From Bacteroidales bacterium (GTDB lineage Bacteria; Bacteroidota; Bacteroidia; Bacteroidales; Azobacteroidaceae): 64,000 nucleotides of DNA. The notes beneath the pieces are model-generated. The model searched no databases and was not told where the DNA came from. It saw only the letters and a program-made list of their open reading frames with translations. Every line of letters begins with the position of its first letter. The stretch's first letter is position 1. The position numbers were made by a program, and so were the translations under genes. Location of the stretch: NCBI GenBank assembly GCA_031553775.1, contig JAVBLA010000024.1, forward strand, positions 381 to 64,380, in the 5' to 3' direction. Below are positions 15,977 to 26,353 of this stretch, one piece after another.

Positions 15977-17941
15977 GTGAAAACCGTATTTCCATATCTG
16001 GTGCTCATGATTTTGTTGTTTTCGTGCAAAACAGCCAAGTTAAGTGATGCCGTCGCCAAAGAAAATTTGGGTGAATACTATGATGCTGCCGATATATACA
16101 AAAAGGTTTACAGTAAAACTTCCAGTAAGGACAAGGCAATGAAGGGCAGCGTAGCTTTTCATATGGGAGAATGTTTCAGCAAGGTTAATAATGCGCCAAG
16201 GGCATTAACCGGTTATCAAAATGCGGTACGTTACGGATACAAAGACAGTACATCGTATTTGCATGCTGCACAAATGGCTCACAAATCCGGTCAATACGGA
16301 GAAGCGATCAAGTTTTACAACGAATATCTGACAAAAGATCCCGGTAGTATTCTGGCTAAAAACGGATTGAAAGGTTGTGACAGTGCCCGTGTGTGGAAAA
16401 GTAATCCTACCCGGTATGTGGTCAAAAGGGAGGAGAAGTTCAATTCGAGACGTGGCGAATTTTCACCGATGCTGTTCGGAAAAGCATATGACCAGCTATA
16501 CATCACTTCTTCCCGTGATGATGCCATGGGAGATACAAAAAGTGCGATCACAGGAATGAAAAACAACGATTTTTTCCTGATCAAAAAAGATGACAAAGGA
16601 CAATGGATGGCTCCGGAAGCTATCACGGACGGTATCAACACAGAATTCGACGAAGGTACATGTTCTATCACAGCCGACGGCACCACGATGTATTATACTT
16701 TCTGCTCTTTCGATGAGCAATCGCCAAGAACCGCACAAGTATACAAATCTTCCCGATCGGGAGCCCAATGGAATAAGGGAGTCCTGTTGGAAATATTCAA
16801 AGATTCCCTGGCAATGGCCGCACATCCGGCTGTTAGTCCCGATGGAGAATACTTGTATTTTGTATCGGATGTTCCCGGAGGATACGGCGGAAAGGATATC
16901 TGGAGAATGTCGCTTAGCGGCACTACAGCCAATGCAGTAGAAAATCTCGGCCCGGAGATCAATACTCCCGGTGATGAAATGTTCCCGTATGTGCGGGATT
17001 CGGTGACTCTTTATTTCGCCTCCAACGGTCACCCGGGCATGGGAGGATTAGATATCTTCAAAGCCACTAAACTCCCCAGTGGCAAATGGCAGGTGGAAAA
17101 CATGAAATCTCCGGTCAACAGTATGGGAGATGATTTCGGCATTACCTTTGCAGGAGAACATGAATACGGATTTTTCTCATCAAACAGGAATGACGGGCGC
17201 GGTAGCGACCACATTTATTCTTTTGCCTACCCTACCATTACCATACAAATGGAAGGATGGGTACTGGACCGGGATGAAATGGAAATCCAGGATGCTACCA
17301 TACGGATCGTTGGAAAAGATGGAACCAACGAAAAAATCATCGTCCGTAAAGACGGGACTTATGTTGCCAAAGCTAAGCCCGGCATGGAATATGTAATGAT
17401 GGCCAGCGCCAAAGGTTATCTCAATCAAAAACAAACGCTGACTACCAGCAATGAAGAGAAAAGCCAGATCTACTATGTGGATTTCTCCCTGCCATCCATC
17501 TCCAAACCAGTTCCGATAGATAATATTTTCTATGATTTCGATAAAGCTACTTTACGACCGGAATCGAAAGAAGCGTTGGATGAACTGATCAAAATGCTTG
17601 AAGATAATCCGAACGTAACCATCGAGCTGGCATCTCATACCGACCGGAAAGGAAAAGAAGAATACAATCAGAATCTATCGCAAAGACGCGCCCAATCAGT
17701 CGTAAACTACCTGATTGCCGGAGGAATTGAAAAAGACCGTCTGACAGCTGTTGGGTACGGCAAAATGAAACCCAAAACCATCAATAAGAAAATGCACGAA
17801 AAATATCCTTTCCTACCGGAAGAACAAATATTGGATGAAACTTTCATCCTTACCCTTACCCCGGAACAGCAGGAAATTGCGGACCAGATTAACAGGAGAA
17901 CGGAGTTTCAGGTGCTTCGGACTACGTATGGGCTTTATTAG
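15977..17941 (+). CDS. OmpA-family lipoprotein with TPR, TolB-like beta-propeller repeats and C-terminal OmpA peptidoglycan-binding domain
   Basis: GTG start gives MKTVFPYLVLMILLFSC (lipobox). The C-terminus ELASHTDRKGKEEYNQNLSQRRAQSVVNYL is the OmpA-like signature. Repeated P..S.DG..LYF motifs in the middle. Confidence 0.85.
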   Translation: MKTVFPYLVLMILLFSCKTAKLSDAVAKENLGEYYDAADIYKKVYSKTSSKDKAMKGSVAFHMGECFSKVNNAPRALTGYQNAVRYGYKDSTSYLHAAQMAHKSGQYGEAIKFYNEYLTKDPGSILAKNGLKGCDSARVWKSNPTRYVVKREEKFNSRRGEFSPMLFGKAYDQLYITSSRDDAMGDTKSAITGMKNNDFFLIKKDDKGQWMAPEAITDGINTEFDEGTCSITADGTTMYYTFCSFDEQSPRTAQVYKSSRSGAQWNKGVLLEIFKDSLAMAAHPAVSPDGEYLYFVSDVPGGYGGKDIWRMSLSGTTANAVENLGPEINTPGDEMFPYVRDSVTLYFASNGHPGMGGLDIFKATKLPSGKWQVENMKSPVNSMGDDFGITFAGEHEYGFFSSNRNDGRGSDHIYSFAYPTITIQMEGWVLDRDEMEIQDATIRIVGKDGTNEKIIVRKDGTYVAKAKPGMEYVMMASAKGYLNQKQTLTTSNEEKSQIYYVDFSLPSISKPVPIDNIFYDFDKATLRPESKEALDELIKMLEDNPNVTIELASHTDRKGKEEYNQNLSQRRAQSVVNYLIAGGIEKDRLTAVGYGKMKPKTINKKMHEKYPFLPEEQILDETFILTLTPEQQEIADQINRRTEFQVLRTTYGLY

Positions 17942-17958
17942 TTAACTCTTAACTCTTT
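17942..17958. repeat. solitary arm of family A repeat
   Basis: TTAACTCTTAACTCTTT fills the entire 17-nt gap between the convergent stops at 17941 and 17959. Confidence 0.5.
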
Positions 17959-19017
17959 TCACGCTAATTTAATCGTTTCATCCAAATAAACATCCTGAAT
18001 CGTATTCAGGAGTGCAATACCTTCGTTCATAGGACGTTGGAAAGCTTTCCGTCCGCTGATCAGGCCTATTCCTCCTGCCCGTTTATTGACTACTGCGGTT
18101 ATGACGGCTTCTTTTAAGTCGGAAGCGCCTTTGGATTCACCACCGGAATTGATCAGGCCTACACGGCCCATGTAACTGTTGGCTACCTGGTAGCGGCATA
18201 AGTCGATGGGGTGTATCGATGTTAATTTTTCATAGACTCTTTTATCTGTTTTAGAATAATTGAGGGCTACGAAACCTCCGTTATTGACAGGGAGTTTCTG
18301 TTTAACAATATCGGCCTGGATGGTAACACCCAGGTGATTGGCCTGCCCTGTCATATCAGCTGAAGCATGGTAATCAACACCATCTTTTTTGAATGCATCA
18401 TTTCGGAGGTAACACCACAAGATCGTGGCCATTCCCAGTTCGTGAGCATATTCAAAAGCTTCTGCTACTTCCTGTAAGTGCCGCCGGCTTTCTTCCGATC
18501 CCCAGTAGATCGTAGCACCTACGGCTACCGCTCCCATGTTCCAGGCTTCCCGGATACTGCCGAACATTACCTGATCGTAAGTATTCGGATAACTCAACAA
18601 TTCATTGTGATTGATCTTAACGATGAATGGAATTTTATGTGCATATTTCCTCGCTACCGATCCCAGAACACCGAAAGTAGATGCCACTGCATTACAGCCG
18701 CCTTCAATGGCTAATCTGACAATATTCTCCGGATCAAAATACAGGGGATTGGGCGCAAATGAAGCGCCCGCCGTATGTTCTATACCCTGGTCTACAGGCA
18801 GAATAGACATATATCCTGTATTCGCGAGGCGGCCATGTTCGAATAAGGACTGGAGACTTCTTAATGTTTGAGGATTCCTATCGGAAACGGTCCAGACCCG
18901 GTCGATCACATCAGGAGAAGGAGCATGTAACAACGATTTTTCGATTGTTTTGGATGTGTGGCCGAGATAATATTCTGCCTGTTCACCCAATAAACTGACA
19001 ATTTTTGAAGGATGCAT
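17959..19017 (-). CDS. fbaB: class I fructose-bisphosphate aldolase (FbaB/DhnA type)
   Basis: ATG at 19017; about 352 aa. Collinear with my recollection of E. coli FbaB ([57 protein letters not shown]). Confidence 0.92.
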   Translation of the reverse strand: MHPSKIVSLLGEQAEYYLGHTSKTIEKSLLHAPSPDVIDRVWTVSDRNPQTLRSLQSLFEHGRLANTGYMSILPVDQGIEHTAGASFAPNPLYFDPENIVRLAIEGGCNAVASTFGVLGSVARKYAHKIPFIVKINHNELLSYPNTYDQVMFGSIREAWNMGAVAVGATIYWGSEESRRHLQEVAEAFEYAHELGMATILWCYLRNDAFKKDGVDYHASADMTGQANHLGVTIQADIVKQKLPVNNGGFVALNYSKTDKRVYEKLTSIHPIDLCRYQVANSYMGRVGLINSGGESKGASDLKEAVITAVVNKRAGGIGLISGRKAFQRPMNEGIALLNTIQDVYLDETIKLA

Positions 19018-19153
19018 AAAAAACTTTTTTAGGGAGTTATTGTTTTTTATTATAACAGTATCGGGAATCATTATGTTTTCAATCTGAGTATAAGATAATC
19101 GCTAAAAAATCTTTACAGGACGATATTGTTTTGTCCAATCACGGATTATTCTT

Positions 19154-19161
19154 TATTTTTG
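19154..19161 (+). promoter_or_regulatory. putative -7 box (TATTTTTG) for metY operon
   Basis: TAnnTTTG match 141 nt upstream of the ATG at 19303, bracketed by a CGGATTATTC direct repeat. Confidence 0.35.
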
Positions 19162-19302
19162 TTCCGGATTATTCCCCGAGCCTGTTGAAACTGCAAAAAG
19201 TCGAAAAAGATACGAGGGTTGAACTGAAGGGTAATGAGTAAAGCCGAATGACAAGTAAACAGGTGGTTGGACGAGTTCCACATTAAATCTAAAATTAATT
19301 TC

Positions 19303-20589
19303 ATGCCAAAGAAACAACTTCATTTCGAAACATTACAGGTATGCGCGGGCTATGTACAGTCAGATCCCGTCACGAACTCCCGTGCAGTACCTCTTTATCA
19401 GACAACTGCATATACATTCAATAATGCGGAACACGGGGCCGATTTGTTCAATCTCGATATACCAGGTTATATTTATACCCGGCTGAACAATCCCACAACG
19501 TCAATTTTCGAGCAACGGATGGCTGCACTCGAAGGCGGAGTTGCCGCTGTAGGTCTTGCATCCGGTATGTCGGCACAACTAATTACCTTCCTGAATTTGA
19601 TGAAATCGGGAGATAATTTTGTAACATCCCCCTATCTTTACGGAGGCACTTATAATCAATTTTTCGTATCTTTCAAAGACCTCGGATTAGATGCCCGTAA
19701 AGCGAAAAGCGATACCGCCGAAGATATGGAAAAACTGATCGACGAAAACACAAAAGCTTTATATGTGGAAATTATCGGTAATCCTTATTTCAGCATTCCC
19801 GATCTGGAAAAGTTATCTGCTTTAGGAGCCAAATATGGAATTCCCCTGATTGTAGACAATACATTCGGCTGTGGAGGCTATCTTTGCCAGCCTATCAAAT
19901 TCGGAGCGAATATTGTAGTAGAGTCTGCTACCAAATGGATTGGAGGCCATGGAAACAGTATGGGCGGAATCATTGTAGACGGAGGTAATTTCAACTGGGG
20001 CAAGGGCAAGTTTCCCAAATATTCGGAACCCTCTGCCGGATATCACGGCATTAAGTTCTGGGAAAAATTCGGTAATGTGGCTTTCACGATGCGTTGTGTG
20101 GCTGAAAACCTGAGGGATATGGGTCCCTGTATCAGTCCGTTCAATTCCTGGCAATTGATACAAGGTATCGAAACCCTGTCTGTGCGGGTCCAGAAAGAAT
20201 GCGATACAACGCTGGCTTTGGCCCAATGGCTGCAAAAACATCCCAAAGTATACGATGTATGTTATCCTGGATTAGATAATCATCCGTATCATACTTTGGC
20301 TAAAAAATATTTGTCGAACGGATTCGGGGCTGTGCTGACTTTCCGTGTAAAAGGGGAACTGAAACAGACTGTCCGTTTCGTGGAAAGTTTAGAATTGATT
20401 TCCCACCTGACCAATGTAGGGGACGTCCGTACGTTGATTACCCATCCTGCCAGTACCACACACAGGCAATTGAGTGAAGAAGCTCAGGCCGAAGCGGGTA
20501 TCTATCCAGATCTATTGCGTTTATCGGTCGGTCTGGAACATATAGACGATATTCAAGCTGATCTGGAACAAGCATTCCATCAAATCTAA
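19303..20589 (+). CDS. metY: O-acetylhomoserine sulfhydrylase (PLP-dependent Cys/Met metabolism family)
   Basis: ATG at 19303 (MPKKQLHFETLQV). PLP-lysine context ESATKWIGGHG; about 428 aa. Confidence 0.87.
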   Translation: MPKKQLHFETLQVCAGYVQSDPVTNSRAVPLYQTTAYTFNNAEHGADLFNLDIPGYIYTRLNNPTTSIFEQRMAALEGGVAAVGLASGMSAQLITFLNLMKSGDNFVTSPYLYGGTYNQFFVSFKDLGLDARKAKSDTAEDMEKLIDENTKALYVEIIGNPYFSIPDLEKLSALGAKYGIPLIVDNTFGCGGYLCQPIKFGANIVVESATKWIGGHGNSMGGIIVDGGNFNWGKGKFPKYSEPSAGYHGIKFWEKFGNVAFTMRCVAENLRDMGPCISPFNSWQLIQGIETLSVRVQKECDTTLALAQWLQKHPKVYDVCYPGLDNHPYHTLAKKYLSNGFGAVLTFRVKGELKQTVRFVESLELISHLTNVGDVRTLITHPASTTHRQLSEEAQAEAGIYPDLLRLSVGLEHIDDIQADLEQAFHQI

Positions 20590-20600
20590 AAAAAACTCAA

Positions 20601-22004
20601 ATGAAAATAGCATTTCACGGAGCCGCCCGTACTGTAACGGGATCCAAACATTTGGTGACATTAAACGACGGAACAAAGATACTGCTCGATTGCGGTATGT
20701 TCCAGGGTATGGGTAAAGAAACCGAACAACTGAACAAAAACCTGGGATTTCCAGCGGAAGAGATCAATTATGTGCTCCTATCTCATGCACATATCGACCA
20801 TTCCGGTTTACTTCCTCTGCTGGTTAAGCAGGGGTTTAGAGGAAAAATTTATGCAACACCGGCCACCATCGACCTGACCCGCTTATTATTATTGGATTCC
20901 GCATACATCCAGGAACAAGATGCTCGGTTCGTGAATAAAAAGCGTATTCTGGAAGGGAAACCACTACTCGAACCTCTCTACAAGGAAGAAGATGCCCGTA
21001 AAGTATTTGAGCATTTTCATCCGGTGAATTATGCAAGTCCTTTCAGCATCAACAAAGATATCGAACTTCAATTTTTCGATGTAGGACACATTCTCGGGAG
21101 CGCTACGGTTTTTCTTTCCATCCGGGAAGAAGGAAAGTTGAAAACATTGGTTTTCAGTGGGGATGTGGGAAGGTATGGAGATCCGATCCTGCGCTCGCCA
21201 CAACCGTTTCCACATGCAGATACCATCATTATAGAATCGACATACGGAAATAAAGTTCATCAACCGATCGATACTTATGCGGCCGAATTGAAAGAAAATA
21301 TTCTGGAGACTTGTATTGGTAAAAAAGGAAAATTGATTATTCCTGCTTTCAGTGTGGGACGTACACAGGAACTGTTATATGCATTGAATGAGCTGGAGGT
21401 AAATGGAGAATTGCCTAAACTAAAATACTATGTGGACAGTCCTTTGTCGACAGAAATCACCCTCGCCCTGAAAAGTCATCCGGAATGTTTTAACAAGTCC
21501 GTACAAAAACTGATGAAAATAGATGCCGATCCATTTATGTTCGAAGGTCTGACTTTTATCAAGGACAAACGGGAATCACAGGCTTTAAATACCAATTATG
21601 AACCCTGCGTAATTATCTCTGCATCGGGAATGGCCGAAGCCGGACGGGTTAAACACCATATTGCCAACAGTATTGAAAACTGGAGAAATACCATCTTACT
21701 TATCGGATACTGCGAACCTCATTCATTGGGAGCCCGGTTGAAAAACAAACCGGATACAGTGGGAATTTTCGGCATGCAATTTCCGGTAAAAGCAGATATC
21801 CGGACAATCGATTCGATGAGTGCCCACGCCGATTACAACGACCTGTGCCAATACCTTTCCTGCCAGAATCCGGTAGAAGTCGGCCAGATCTTTGTAGTTC
21901 ACGGAGAACCGGAAGTACAAGACGAATTTAAAGACCGACTGATCAAAAAGGGGTTTCAGGATGTTATTGTTCCTGAGTTTCATCAGGAAATTGGGGGAAT
22001 GTAG
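20601..22004 (+). CDS. MBL-fold beta-CASP family hydrolase (RNA-metabolising metallo-beta-lactamase)
   Basis: HAHIDHSG (HxHxDH) motif. About 467 aa with a beta-CASP-like central region and a C-terminal SAHAD motif. Confidence 0.85.
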   Translation: MKIAFHGAARTVTGSKHLVTLNDGTKILLDCGMFQGMGKETEQLNKNLGFPAEEINYVLLSHAHIDHSGLLPLLVKQGFRGKIYATPATIDLTRLLLLDSAYIQEQDARFVNKKRILEGKPLLEPLYKEEDARKVFEHFHPVNYASPFSINKDIELQFFDVGHILGSATVFLSIREEGKLKTLVFSGDVGRYGDPILRSPQPFPHADTIIIESTYGNKVHQPIDTYAAELKENILETCIGKKGKLIIPAFSVGRTQELLYALNELEVNGELPKLKYYVDSPLSTEITLALKSHPECFNKSVQKLMKIDADPFMFEGLTFIKDKRESQALNTNYEPCVIISASGMAEAGRVKHHIANSIENWRNTILLIGYCEPHSLGARLKNKPDTVGIFGMQFPVKADIRTIDSMSAHADYNDLCQYLSCQNPVEVGQIFVVHGEPEVQDEFKDRLIKKGFQDVIVPEFHQEIGGM

Positions 22005-22029
22005 TTTTTTGCGAATTCTTCGTAAAAAA
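22005..22029 (+). terminator. hairpin directly after the MBL gene stop
   Basis: TTTTTTGCGAA-TTC-TTCGTAAAAAA, 11 bp including one G:U. No downstream T-run on the plus strand. Confidence 0.35.
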
Positions 22030-22031
22030 CC

Positions 22032-22168
22032 AGTTAAGAGTTAAGAGTTCAGAATTAATGGTATTCGAAAAAGCAGTTCTTTTACTCTATAGAGGTTTTG
22101 AACTGATGATCAGCATATAGGGATTCGAAGAATCCCAACTCTTAATTCTTAACTCTTAACTCTTAATT
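22032..22168. repeat. palindromic intergenic repeat, family A, copy 2
   Basis: Arms AGTTAAGAGTTAAGAGTTCAGAATTAA / AACTCTTAATTCTTAACTCTTAACTCTTAATT. The core shares TTCTTTTRCWCTAT..AGAGG and GGATTYGAAGAWTCC with copy 1. Confidence 0.75.
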
Positions 22169-22175
22169 AGTTTGT

Positions 22176-22376
22176 TTACGCCTTTTCAGCTTCTTCTATT
22201 TTTTCTTCCACTTCATCAGCGCAACAGGTTAGCTTACCTTTAAACTGAGAAACTTTATCTCCCAGAAGGTATAGCCATTGTTTTCTTTTTTCGGCATCAG
22301 TTCCTAAAATGTAACCTACACCTACTCCAACTAAGGCTCCTACGGCCAAACCACCTAAAAAATGACTTGTTTTCAT
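22176..22376 (-). CDS. YtxH-like small membrane-anchored protein
   Basis: ATG at 22376. Gly-rich N-terminal helix GGLAVGALVGVGVGYILG followed by a charged helix. Confidence 0.6.
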   Translation of the reverse strand: MKTSHFLGGLAVGALVGVGVGYILGTDAEKRKQWLYLLGDKVSQFKGKLTCCADEVEEKIEEAEKA

Positions 22377-22456
22377 ACGCAAAAAAATAAAAAATTAAAT
22401 GACCTGCATTTTACTAATAAACAAGTGACCCGATCAGGATGTTGTACAAAATAAGG

Positions 22457-24178
22457 TTAAAAACTATAATTATAGCCTACTGTTCCTACAGAAGCATGAT
22501 GGGTACCCTGTTCTGAATGAGAACGCCATTGAAAATTACAGGAAAGATTGATTGCATGTCGCATACACGGCCGGTAAACAGCATTGGCGCGAAACGAATA
22601 GACCTCCTGTTGCCTGGCTTTTGACAAATAGCTTGCATTATACGAAATATTATTTGAAATCTGGAGTTTTTTCCGGAAAAACTTATGCGAAGAACCGATT
22701 GCCGGCCCCCAGGTAATCATTTGTTTTCCGGAAATTCTGTTTTCATTCAGGTTCAGGCCGGCATGTAAACCGGATCCGGAAGCCAGAAATGCAAGAGTAT
22801 AAACAAATGCCGCATTGGTCCATCCGGAAACGCTTCCCGGATGATAAACACCTCCCTGTTTATCGGCAACATCCTGATAATTCAGGTTTATATTGAGATT
22901 CTGTTGTTGAGTCTCATTTTTACGCATGAGAATATTGAGGTTCAGGCCGGCAGAGCGGGATAGTTGGGCAAAACTGAGCGTATCCGGCCGGTCCAGTGTA
23001 TTGAGCCGGTTGATTTGCTCAAAATCGGAACGTACATGTGTAAATGTCTGGAAATTACTGAAAGATACGGAAGCTGAAACTTTTTCTCCGAAACCGGCAT
23101 TGATCTGGGCATTTCCGACCCAACGGGAAGTTGCATTCAATCTGTCATTTGCCAGGTTATCATGCTGGTAACCCATACTGAGAGCAATATTCAACCGGTT
23201 GGAAAGCAGGGATTGGGAAGCATTGACTGTGATATTTTCCAGATCATTGGCAAAATAATAGGCGCCTAAAGTCTGATAACCCGGATCTATCCGTTCATAC
23301 CCCAGTCCTATCATACTATGTGGCAGAACATAACTCAACTGTACCTGAACAGCATCAAAAACGGCTGATGACATTTTCGACGCCGGCCAGTATTTCAGAA
23401 TACCCGGAAGAGCATTTTCTCCCGGAGAACGAATATCATTTGTCCAAAGACTGAGGGCATATTCTGCCGTCAAGCGGATTTTTTCAATCGGGGAACATGT
23501 CAGTCGCAGACTCCCGGCCAGGTTCTGTACAGGTGTTATGCCTAAACTATCCGGTGGGTATTCTAAAGATCCGGGATCATCTTTGGCGGTAAATACATTC
23601 AGGGAAATATCGTTCTCTCTTTTTTTCCAGCCGACTTTAACTCCATATCCCATTCTTTCATAGGCAGGATACAAGAACGATTCTGTTTCATTATATTCCA
23701 CAGCTTTCTGCAAACGTCCGCACATTACACTAAAATTCCAGTTCGTACCGGGTGAAAGATCTACTCCCGCACCCGTAAACAAATGTCCATTCAGGGTATA
23801 TGGAGAAAATACCATGGAAATATCGCCGGCGTGTAGCCTGATCCATTTATAAGAAGGATGGATACTGAAGCGATTCGGCAGGGAAGGAAGTTTATAACTA
23901 TTACCTGAATTTGTGAGACTGAACATAAAAGGCATATTCATTATATTGCAGATATTCAGGTTAAGATTTCCATTGAAATAATAGGTGAACGGATCCCTTT
24001 CCCCGAGATCTCCCGAGCTTTCGTAACAGATCGCGCTGAGATTGAATCCTCCGTTGACTTTCAAAAGATTCCCCTTTCCGAACAAATTCCCAACTTTTTC
24101 CAGGTCAATACTTTGTGTATACGACATCAATATATTCATGCCAGTAAGCAAGAGCGATATTCCGGTCCGCCTAATCAT
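22457..24178 (-). CDS. predicted outer-membrane beta-barrel protein, unknown family (gene 6 of exported-protein operon)
   Basis: 573 aa. Hydrophobic N-terminus, pervasive alternating Y/F/L-polar strands with N/G/S turns, ends GYNYSF. Start overlaps the upstream stop by 8 nt. Confidence 0.6.
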   Translation of the reverse strand: MIRRTGISLLLTGMNILMSYTQSIDLEKVGNLFGKGNLLKVNGGFNLSAICYESSGDLGERDPFTYYFNGNLNLNICNIMNMPFMFSLTNSGNSYKLPSLPNRFSIHPSYKWIRLHAGDISMVFSPYTLNGHLFTGAGVDLSPGTNWNFSVMCGRLQKAVEYNETESFLYPAYERMGYGVKVGWKKRENDISLNVFTAKDDPGSLEYPPDSLGITPVQNLAGSLRLTCSPIEKIRLTAEYALSLWTNDIRSPGENALPGILKYWPASKMSSAVFDAVQVQLSYVLPHSMIGLGYERIDPGYQTLGAYYFANDLENITVNASQSLLSNRLNIALSMGYQHDNLANDRLNATSRWVGNAQINAGFGEKVSASVSFSNFQTFTHVRSDFEQINRLNTLDRPDTLSFAQLSRSAGLNLNILMRKNETQQQNLNINLNYQDVADKQGGVYHPGSVSGWTNAAFVYTLAFLASGSGLHAGLNLNENRISGKQMITWGPAIGSSHKFFRKKLQISNNISYNASYLSKARQQEVYSFRANAVYRPCMRHAINLSCNFQWRSHSEQGTHHASVGTVGYNYSF

Positions 24179-25499
24179 TTTTCTGTATTTTTATATCGGT
24201 TATTATATGAGAATTGAGAATTCCGGCATCTACCATCTCTTTGACCAGGATCACTCCTTTCCGCTTGTCGGCTGTATGGAACAGCACAATATCACCTTTA
24301 GTACAAACAGGATGAGAAATGGGTTCCCAAATGGTATTTTCCAATAAATAATCATCTTCCATCTCCAGAAAAGTCTCCGGGGTGATCTTATTTCCAACCT
24401 CTTTGTAAAAAACAGTATGAGAGGCATCCTGAATTGGCAGTAAAGGATAGAGTATACATGAATCCGGAGAAATAAATTTATTTAATGAGAAATTTTTATT
24501 CAGACCCAGGAATACAAGATCAATTTCTTTTCCGGAAGTATATGAAATTTCCGTTTGAGTAAATATTTTTCTTCGTTTTGTTGAATAGCAGCAACCTATT
24601 ATTTCTGAAGCCGTATTGATTCCAAAACAAACATTACGATGAATTCGTAGATTATGGTTCTGGCGGATCGTTATGTTTTGAGAAACCGTCCGGATTTGTT
24701 TTCCATTCCCGATATGCATATTTACCTGGTAGTTTCCCGGTAAATGAAAGAATATCTCTGTTTTTTCACAGGCAGGATTTGCCAACCGGGCACCGGAGCA
24801 ATCCCATGAAATGGTTTCTGTCCCCTGTAAATCAGCAATTAATTCAGCTGTCAGCGGAGCTTCATAATCCTCATCTTCCCAGGAAGGATAGATCCCGAAT
24901 GTACCTGCAAGTTCCGGCATTACGGTAATTTTGTCCGATATAGTAAATATTTTGCTACCGTTATCAATACGGAGTGATACCATGTGAACTCCTGCCTGCG
25001 GGAAAGTAATATCCGGAGGATGTTTCCCTGTAAACTTCGCAGGCTCTCCTCCCTCGAAGATCCATTCATAGGTAGTTCCTCCGGTAGAAAAGTTCGTGAA
25101 TTTCACTTCTGCCGGAGCGTAACAGTTGATTACCGGTTTCCAGTTAAAACCGGTTGTAACGGCACTATCTACCTGTATATACAAGGTTTTTGAAAGCCGG
25201 GAAGCATCGTTTGCCGCTTCCAGAACAATTGCATGTTTACCCGGAGTATCAAAACGGACTACCGGAGGATGTTTTCCTGTGAAAACCGAGGGGACTCCTC
25301 CTTCAAATCTCCAATGAAATTCCCGGGCATATTCCGAATGGTTCTCTATGGAGACATATAAGGGGGAAGTATGATTCCGGTCCTTTACATTCAGAGAGAT
25401 ATTGATCTCCACAGGAATAATCTGTTCCTCCGGCAGGCATCCTGCTCCACACCCGCCTATTACAATAAACAGCGTTCGAAGCAATAATTTACAGTTCAT
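24171..25499 (-). CDS. PKD-repeat lipoprotein (gene 5 of operon)
   Basis: MNCKLLLRTLFIVIGGCGAGC signal/lipobox. Repeats FHWRFEGGVPSVFTGKHPPVVRFDTPGKH and YEWIFEGGEPAKFTGKHPPDITFPQAGVH are PKD-like. Confidence 0.7.
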   Translation of the reverse strand: MNCKLLLRTLFIVIGGCGAGCLPEEQIIPVEINISLNVKDRNHTSPLYVSIENHSEYAREFHWRFEGGVPSVFTGKHPPVVRFDTPGKHAIVLEAANDASRLSKTLYIQVDSAVTTGFNWKPVINCYAPAEVKFTNFSTGGTTYEWIFEGGEPAKFTGKHPPDITFPQAGVHMVSLRIDNGSKIFTISDKITVMPELAGTFGIYPSWEDEDYEAPLTAELIADLQGTETISWDCSGARLANPACEKTEIFFHLPGNYQVNMHIGNGKQIRTVSQNITIRQNHNLRIHRNVCFGINTASEIIGCCYSTKRRKIFTQTEISYTSGKEIDLVFLGLNKNFSLNKFISPDSCILYPLLPIQDASHTVFYKEVGNKITPETFLEMEDDYLLENTIWEPISHPVCTKGDIVLFHTADKRKGVILVKEMVDAGILNSHIITDIKIQKND

Positions 25500-25514
25500 A
25501 CCATGTGGTTTTAA

Positions 25515-26288
25515 TTATCTGATATGCACATACTCAATAAAAGATACGGACTTATCTCCATAATCATCTTCATATTGAATTTCCACAGGGTATCCGGATT
25601 CGTTGTAGGTATATCCGGATGTTTCCCTATATGTGTAGGCATCATGGGTACTTGCCTTTACCAGTACATTATTTACCCGGTGCTGGTATTTATGCAGGAA
25701 TATGAAAAAAGTCCAGTCAGGCATATTGATCCGGCTGCAAATACCAGGGTGATTATCATACCGGTATGTATTGACATATAAACGATTCCGGAAGCTGATG
25801 GAATCTACGGAAATATTCCCTGCCGGATCGTATAAAAGACCGGTAACTTCTGTCTGATCGACTACCATCCGGAATAATCTCTCTTTGTTGTCTACAAAAA
25901 GACTGTCTTTCGGGTAAGTGTGGCCATCAGATCCTGTATATTCCTGCAATATCAGGTTTCCTTTATAGGTATAGCGGTATTTTTCTATCCATGTGTAGTT
26001 TCCCTGTATGGTTTGTTTCTCCACTTTATCTACCTTTCCGTCTTTATTGTAGGTAATAGATGTAATTGCTTTTCCCCCATAATAAACATATTCATAAACT
26101 ACGCAACGACTTTGCGTATCATAAACAAACGACTCTGTTTCAGATATACCGTTTCTGTCGCAGGTGATTTTTACCGGAAGAAAGATTCCGCAATTGTCTT
26201 CCGGATCATTATCTATACAAGAAGACAGAAAGACCGGTGCCATCAGGCAAATAATCGGCAAAGCCGACAAAAATTTCATTTTTTTCAT
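25515..26288 (-). CDS. hypothetical lipoprotein with Tyr-rich beta-hairpin repeats (gene 4 of operon)
   Basis: MKKMKFLSALPIICLMAPVFLSSC lipobox. YD/RHS-like short repeats (YEYVYYGGK, YNKDGKVDKV, YRYTYKGNL). Confidence 0.6.
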   Translation of the reverse strand: MKKMKFLSALPIICLMAPVFLSSCIDNDPEDNCGIFLPVKITCDRNGISETESFVYDTQSRCVVYEYVYYGGKAITSITYNKDGKVDKVEKQTIQGNYTWIEKYRYTYKGNLILQEYTGSDGHTYPKDSLFVDNKERLFRMVVDQTEVTGLLYDPAGNISVDSISFRNRLYVNTYRYDNHPGICSRINMPDWTFFIFLHKYQHRVNNVLVKASTHDAYTYRETSGYTYNESGYPVEIQYEDDYGDKSVSFIEYVHIR

Positions 26289-26353
26289 TTTTAAAATAAT
26301 TAATTGGTTAAATATTCAACAGGTGCTTATAAATCACTAAACTTATACATACA

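Noticed and set aside
19162-19302. SAM riboswitch upstream of metY
   Set aside because: I looked for SAM-I hallmarks (GAGGGA..., GGUGC.AA..CC, kink-turn) and for a SAM-II-like pseudoknot and could not find them. It is kept only as an unexplained long leader.
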